From a virus (lineage: Duplodnaviria > Caudoviricetes): a DNA stretch of 64,000 bases. The position numbers were made by a program, and so were the translations under genes. Below are positions 59,552 to 64,000 of the stretch, piece after piece (the stretch's first letter is position 1; each line of letters starts with the position of its first letter). The stretch lies in the IMG/VR virus record IMGVR_UViG_2585428004_000001, positions 1 through 64,000 of that record; one strand, 5' to 3'. The notes below the pieces were generated by a model. That model saw only the letters and a program-made list of their open reading frames with translations, was not told the origin of the DNA and did no database searches.

Positions 59552-60121
59552 GTGAGTCGATTCTTAATCAACTATGATGAATTACCCATTTCAGTAAATA
59601 ACTATATTAAACCGAGTGCAAGTGTTATAGGCGGTAAGGCAATCGTGCATATGTACGAAACAAGAGAGAGCAAGGATTGGAAAAAGAGATTCCAAGCTTA
59701 TTTAAAGCGAGAAGTAGTTAAGCAGAAATGGGATAAGGATTCAACATCAAAAGGACATTGGTATCTAGACTGCGTATTCTATCAAGCTAGAACCAATCAA
59801 GATAATAATAACTATTATAAAATTCTATGTGATGCTCTTAGTGGCATTGCAATAGAAGATGACAAGAATATCTTGGTTCGAACACAACGAATATTCTACG
59901 ATTCGAAACAGCCAAAATTCGTTGCTGTATTGAGGCAAGTTGACTATAGAGGCGTATGGAAAGATGAGGAACACTATTCTAAATTCTTTGCAGATAACTG
60001 TATGCAATGTAAGAAGAATCATGAGAAGTGTACGATTCTAAAGAAGGCAAAGGAAGGTCGTATACAGACTGAATTGAAACAAGAGAATATGTTCCAGACT
60101 TGTGAGAAAAGGAAGGTATAG
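59552..60121 (+). CDS. rusA: RusA-like Holliday junction resolvase
   Basis: P.SVN.Y, D.NN..K...DAL.G....DD. Confidence 0.8.
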   Translation: MSRFLINYDELPISVNNYIKPSASVIGGKAIVHMYETRESKDWKKRFQAYLKREVVKQKWDKDSTSKGHWYLDCVFYQARTNQDNNNYYKILCDALSGIAIEDDKNILVRTQRIFYDSKQPKFVAVLRQVDYRGVWKDEEHYSKFFADNCMQCKKNHEKCTILKKAKEGRIQTELKQENMFQTCEKRKV

Positions 60122-60212
60122 TTCGTCTATAGCTTCCTTTTTATTATTTACTTATTTACTGTAACACTGTATAATGGTTACATAAGACTTATACCATACA
60201 CGGAGGATATAT

Positions 60213-60710
60213 ATGAAGAAAAAGATACTGATAGGGATTTTAATTGTAATCGCTGTCATAGGGGTTACCCTTGGGTTCTTAGTGAACAAAGCAAGCAATA
60301 TGAAGAATGAATTTACAAGCTTTAGAGAAGAGTTGGATAAGGACTTCTTTCCATTAATAGAGGATACTCATACGTACTTTGAAATTGTAATCAAAAAAGG
60401 CGAGTCTCATGGATTGGAGAGTTGGTATATTACAGGGGATGGAATGACTGAAAACCTCAAATACAATACGAGAATAAAAGAGATAAGAGATAAAATTATA
60501 AACAAAGATATTGAGAATAAAGATGCACTTGAATTGAAGAAGAATGTTCTAAACACACTGTCCTTAACAGAGTCAGCTTTAAAGGATGTAAACACCTTCT
60601 ACAAAAATGAAAACTCTCATTTATTATGGGATAAATTAAACGAAGATTTGGATAAGTTAACCAAGAACATAGATGAACAGAACAAGATATTAGGAAAATA
60701 TTACAAATAG
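60213..60710 (+). CDS. Membrane-anchored hypothetical protein
   Basis: N-terminal TM and helical body; own promoter. Confidence 0.75.
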   Translation: MKKKILIGILIVIAVIGVTLGFLVNKASNMKNEFTSFREELDKDFFPLIEDTHTYFEIVIKKGESHGLESWYITGDGMTENLKYNTRIKEIRDKIINKDIENKDALELKKNVLNTLSLTESALKDVNTFYKNENSHLLWDKLNEDLDKLTKNIDEQNKILGKYYK

Positions 60711-60731
60711 AAGTTAGTAAAGGAGCAAGTC

Positions 60732-61157
60732 ATGATAACTGAACACAAAATAAACATTGAACTAACAGAAGAAGTATATGAGACTTGTTCCCATGCGATA
60801 CAGACTAAGATGTGTTACAACAATGTGTTCAATGTCATGGGTTATTTCATGGATAAGTTTAGAAGTGGTGAGTGGAAAGTAGCATATGGTTATTACACTG
60901 TAATTGAAAACATCATGGCAAGACATGCTTTCATTGTGGTGACTGAAACTGGAGATGCTATTGACCCAACTGCTCCAACACTGTCATCTGGATATGAAGA
61001 TAGGAAGTATATCTCATTTGCATTACTAGATGTAGATGAGTATCTAGACCTTATAGGAAAAGAAGATAGAGAGCCTGCGCTTTACATGTCTCTAAGAGAG
61101 AAAGACAAGGAAGCACAAGAATGGGGTAGAGGACAAAACCTATTCATGTGTTCTTAA
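60732..61157 (+). CDS. Hypothetical protein with a transglutaminase-like C-H-D pattern
   Basis: CYNN...HAF...IDPT. Confidence 0.55.
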   Translation: MITEHKINIELTEEVYETCSHAIQTKMCYNNVFNVMGYFMDKFRSGEWKVAYGYYTVIENIMARHAFIVVTETGDAIDPTAPTLSSGYEDRKYISFALLDVDEYLDLIGKEDREPALYMSLREKDKEAQEWGRGQNLFMCS

Positions 61158-61164
61158 TATAAAA

Positions 61165-61282
61165 ATAAAAAGAAGAGGAGTCATTAAGACTTCTCTTTTT
61201 TGGCATTCGTACAATCGAAGTTTCCGCATCGATTGTACCCAATAGATTGTGTGTTTAGTGACACCGATTACCAGTATCTCTG
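61165..61282 (-). ncRNA. Candidate ~118-nt small RNA
   Basis: Minus-strand TTTACA-18-TACAAT promoter, two hairpins, bidirectional terminator at 61167-61200. Confidence 0.45.
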
Positions 61283-61849
61283 ATAAGGATTGTAACATTT
61301 AACTATTACCAATGTAAATATGTTTTTCATATTTGTGAACTTTTTTCAATCGTTATAGAAAATGCGTTCACAATTAATGTGATTTTAGTCACACATCATT
61401 GACAACATTTTCCATCACATCTCAAAAGACAAGAATACTTTTCATAAAGAGACATGATACTTGAAGCATTCAAGCTCAACAACATTTATAAAAATCCATT
61501 TCATCTCATAATTATGAGTAATGTTAAGTAATTGAGATGGGATTTTCTTACATTTTACAACTGCCGATAATAAAGCTTATGTAAACTAATTAAAAGTAAG
61601 TTCTAAAACAAAGTAAAAGCCTCCTGCGTTAACAGGAGACTGTTTTTATAATATGCATATTCTATTAATTGTTCAATTATCTAACTATCCCTAACCTTGC
61701 GCAACCAGAGCGTCCTCTGGTGAATCGATTCCCAAACATTATATCATTTATGAGAGGAGTATACAATCCCCTTTTTACTGTATTAATCTTCCAGTGGTGG
61801 AGTGTGATATTTCTTGCAATGTTCAGAATAGACATGTTACAATTAGCAT

Positions 61850-61986
61850 ATAATAAAAAGAACTCGATGCGCTAACATCGAGCCTTCTTACAACTAATCA
61901 TAGCAGAGTGGTTAGTTCATCTAATAATTATTTGGAATCAGAAGAAGAACCATCGGCTTGGTCGGCAGAGTGGTTCTTTTTCTTTT
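61850..61986 (+). ncRNA. Antisense antitoxin RNA of a type I TA-like locus
   Basis: TTGCAA..TGtTACAAT promoter; CTCGATGCGCTAACATCGAG hairpin; terminator overlapping the 3' end of the toxin-like ORF. Confidence 0.6.
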
Positions 61987-62068
61987 CCTGTTTTTCTAGG
62001 AACTTCACTGTGATGAATTGTGTCACACCTCTAGTTATTCCTTCGATAATCCAGTTAAAGAAATCCAT
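61928..62068 (-). CDS. Type I toxin-like peptide (46 aa)
   Basis: RBS GGGAGGTGA; MDFFNWIIEGITRGVTQFITVKFLEKQEKKKNHSADQADGSSSDSK. Confidence 0.6.
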   Translation of the reverse strand: MDFFNWIIEGITRGVTQFITVKFLEKQEKKKNHSADQADGSSSDSK

Positions 62069-62376
62069 ATAGGTCACCTCCCTTCTCTTAAATTACAAGA
62101 AAAGGTAGATAATCCTTCCACCCTGCCAAAAGTTGTTAATTAATTATACCATAATATACTAAGACGTACTAGATATTCCAAGACATTTAAGCGTATGGTA
62201 CAATAGTAACGATTCGTCATTTAGATTTAGTTCTACACAAGAGCATCCTTTTGAGTCAAGGATGCTCTTGAATTTACATAATATTCAGAAATATCTTGAA
62301 AAATAAAACTCCTCCTCTTCATATCTAAATTCTATTATATAATTGAAGAAAAACATATATGGATGAGGAGGATACT

Positions 62377-63471
62377 ATGAACGTTTCAGTCAAAGGGAAT
62401 GAACAGATTACTAATTTGTTAAACGACTGGTATGTAGAAATTCGTTCAAGGAATATTAACAGTGCTCACCGCTTAAAGTTAGAAATCGACAAAAAGATTG
62501 ATGATGTAGAAAATGACCAGTATCTACTATTATATTACTCTTTATTAGATTTTAGATATCAATATGTAATTGACAACCTAGGTGTCTCTGAAAATAGCTT
62601 TGATAAAATTGAATCCTTTGAAATTCCTACAGATAGCTTTCTATCCTATTATTATCATTTCTTTAAAGCAATTCATGCTAGTGGAATTGGCAACTACATG
62701 ATTGCGAGAGAGCATTTTGATAAGGCTGAGTTACTTTTAGAAACTATACCAGATGAAGTAGAAAAAGCTGAGTTTTATTATAAATTAGGAGCGTTTCATT
62801 TTGACATCTGCGAATCTCTTCAATCATTTAAGTACACAACTAAAGCGAAAGAGATGTTCTTACAACAAGGAAACTATGAGCGTAATATTGGTTTCTGCGA
62901 GAATCTTTTAGGAATGTCATGCGTTAGATTGAATGAATGGGCGTTGGCAGAGGAACATCTTGTTAAAGCAATGGATATATTCCAGAAGCTTAAAGAGGAT
63001 ACGTATATCTTGATGGTTCGCCACAACCTAGGATTTATGTATTCAAGTCAAAACCTTTCGGAATTAGCTATTAGATATTTGTCTGAGGTAACAAGTCAAA
63101 ATCCTAGACATATTAAAGCCCTGTACCTTGAATCCAAAGAACGCTACAAATTAAATGAATTAAACATTGCAGAAGAACTTGCCAATAAAGGGCATAGTAT
63201 TTGTTGTGAATTAGGAAACATAGAGTATAGACATCATTTCTCTATTCTCAGAAATCTTATTAAAGATACATCTGCAGAAGAGTTAGAGACTGTAGTTTTG
63301 GAAGGAGTTTCTTATTTCAAAGACGAAGAATTATATGATTATATCCAAGAAAACCAAGAATATTTAGCTACTAAGTTTTACAAGGAAGATAATCACCTTA
63401 AAGCAAGCAAATACTTCTACCTAAGTTCACAGGCACGGCACAAGTCTAAGGAAAGGGAGGCTTTAAAATGA
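62377..63471 (+). CDS. rap: Rap-family RRNPP TPR regulator (response regulator aspartate phosphatase-like)
   Basis: LNDWY..IR, LLLYYSLLDFRY, YYYHFFK, EKAEFYYK, HNLG. Confidence 0.92.
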   Translation: MNVSVKGNEQITNLLNDWYVEIRSRNINSAHRLKLEIDKKIDDVENDQYLLLYYSLLDFRYQYVIDNLGVSENSFDKIESFEIPTDSFLSYYYHFFKAIHASGIGNYMIAREHFDKAELLLETIPDEVEKAEFYYKLGAFHFDICESLQSFKYTTKAKEMFLQQGNYERNIGFCENLLGMSCVRLNEWALAEEHLVKAMDIFQKLKEDTYILMVRHNLGFMYSSQNLSELAIRYLSEVTSQNPRHIKALYLESKERYKLNELNIAEELANKGHSICCELGNIEYRHHFSILRNLIKDTSAEELETVVLEGVSYFKDEELYDYIQENQEYLATKFYKEDNHLKASKYFYLSSQARHKSKEREALK

Positions 63472-63602
63472 AGAAAATAGCATTAGGCTTAATGGGCATT
63501 CTAACAGTTTTAACTATCACAGTTAGCGCTTATAGCTCAACAGATGGCACTCAGAACATAACTACTGTTATGAGAATGGAACACGGAGACCATGGCGGTT
63601 GA
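63468..63602 (+). CDS. phr: Phr-like secreted signalling peptide (44 aa; C-terminal EHGDHGG)
   Basis: Overlaps the rap stop; signal peptide MKKIALGLMGILTVLTITVSA; followed by a terminator. Confidence 0.88.
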   Translation: MKKIALGLMGILTVLTITVSAYSSTDGTQNITTVMRMEHGDHGG

Positions 63603-63607
63603 TAGCC

Positions 63608-63643
63608 CTAAAGCCACTCTTAATACTAAGAGTGGCTTTATTT
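63608..63643. terminator. Bidirectional terminator
   Basis: TAAAGCCACTCTTA..TAAGAGTGGCTTTA. Confidence 0.8.
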
Positions 63644-63669
63644 GTCTCGTGTCGTAAATTTTCAGAGGT

Positions 63670-64000
63670 CTATTTGGAAGATATATACTTTAGGAGATCA
63701 TACAATTGGTTAGGAGTCATATCGATTCCATAAGAACCACCTTTGATACATAACTCTTCTAGAACTCCTGCTTCTTCCAGAACAGCAAAGACCAGTTCAG
63801 AGCATATATAGTTATTAGGATTATTAAATCTATTCTTCCCTTTCAATCTCAATAACTTGCTAATCATGTACCAGATGATTTGCATGTAATCATACTTCTT
63901 ACCTACCATCTTTGAACCCATAGCAACTACCTTGCTTCTCTCTTCCTTATTGAGACCTAAGTCAATTACTTCTATTATATTAAACTGAGTCTTATCAAAT
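63670..64000 (-). CDS. Permuted papain-like (YiiX/YaeF, NlpC/P60) protein, 3' part
   Basis: YDY...YICSELV...TP..L; frame stays open to the window edge. Confidence 0.75.
   Translation of the reverse strand, partial: FDKTQFNIIEVIDLGLNKEERSKVVAMGSKMVGKKYDYMQIIWYMISKLLRLKGKNRFNNPNNYICSELVFAVLEEAGVLEELCIKGGSYGIDMTPNQLYDLLKYISSK

Noticed and set aside
864-60595. Many 60-110-aa minus-strand ORFs in the track
   Set aside because: They are shadows of well-supported + strand genes, lack an RBS and have antisense-type composition.
61669-61875. 68-aa + strand ORF
   Set aside because: It has no RBS and spans the antitoxin-like promoter.
62377-63471. TPR protein as arbitrium AimR
   Set aside because: It has the Rap N-terminal helical motif rather than an HTH, and the peptide is Phr-like.
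1-64000. tRNA, rRNA, reverse transcriptase or IS transposase genes
   Set aside because: I recognised no cloverleaf, rRNA, RT or transposase motifs by eye; a tRNAscan or HMM run would be needed to be sure.

Overview
The window is about 64 kb of a large, AT-rich Bacillus (probably cereus-group) phage genome with an SPbeta-like replication module. It appears to start near a genome end, and almost all genes are on the + strand. Gene order: (1) a non-coding terminal region and a ~450-nt structured leader carrying an rrn-type boxA; (2) small early genes, including a gp88-like and a DUF262 gene; (3) a regulatory block with a tyrosine-recombinase-like gene, an MrpR/YopR-like repressor and XRE genes; (4) DNA ligase, a 3D-domain protein and an NAD+ salvage trio (Nampt, NMNAT, Nudix); (5) a Sak4-like ATPase, DnaB-like helicase, TerC and a dense array of tiny genes; (6) primase, two HNH endonucleases, thymidine kinase, a PD-(D/E)XK nuclease, DnaE, ThyA and a DHFR-dUTPase fusion; (7) RecD2, class Ib RNR (nrdI/E/F/H), a DHH phosphoesterase, RusA, a type I TA-like locus and a Rap-Phr pair. 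The most interesting signals are non-coding. A 13-bp asymmetric box (AAACAAAACCATT, 20 exact copies read plus ~15 variants, all on +) is built into promoters and gene junctions. An ATAAAA-N5/6-TTTTA(T/A) site punctuates single-gene units like integron cassettes. There is also a 19-bp palindromic operator, LexA boxes, two candidate antisense sRNAs, and near-total GCWGC/GATC avoidance that appears to remove Ala-Ala from the proteins. All protein calls are by motif recognition without database searches, and all motif counts were made by eye.
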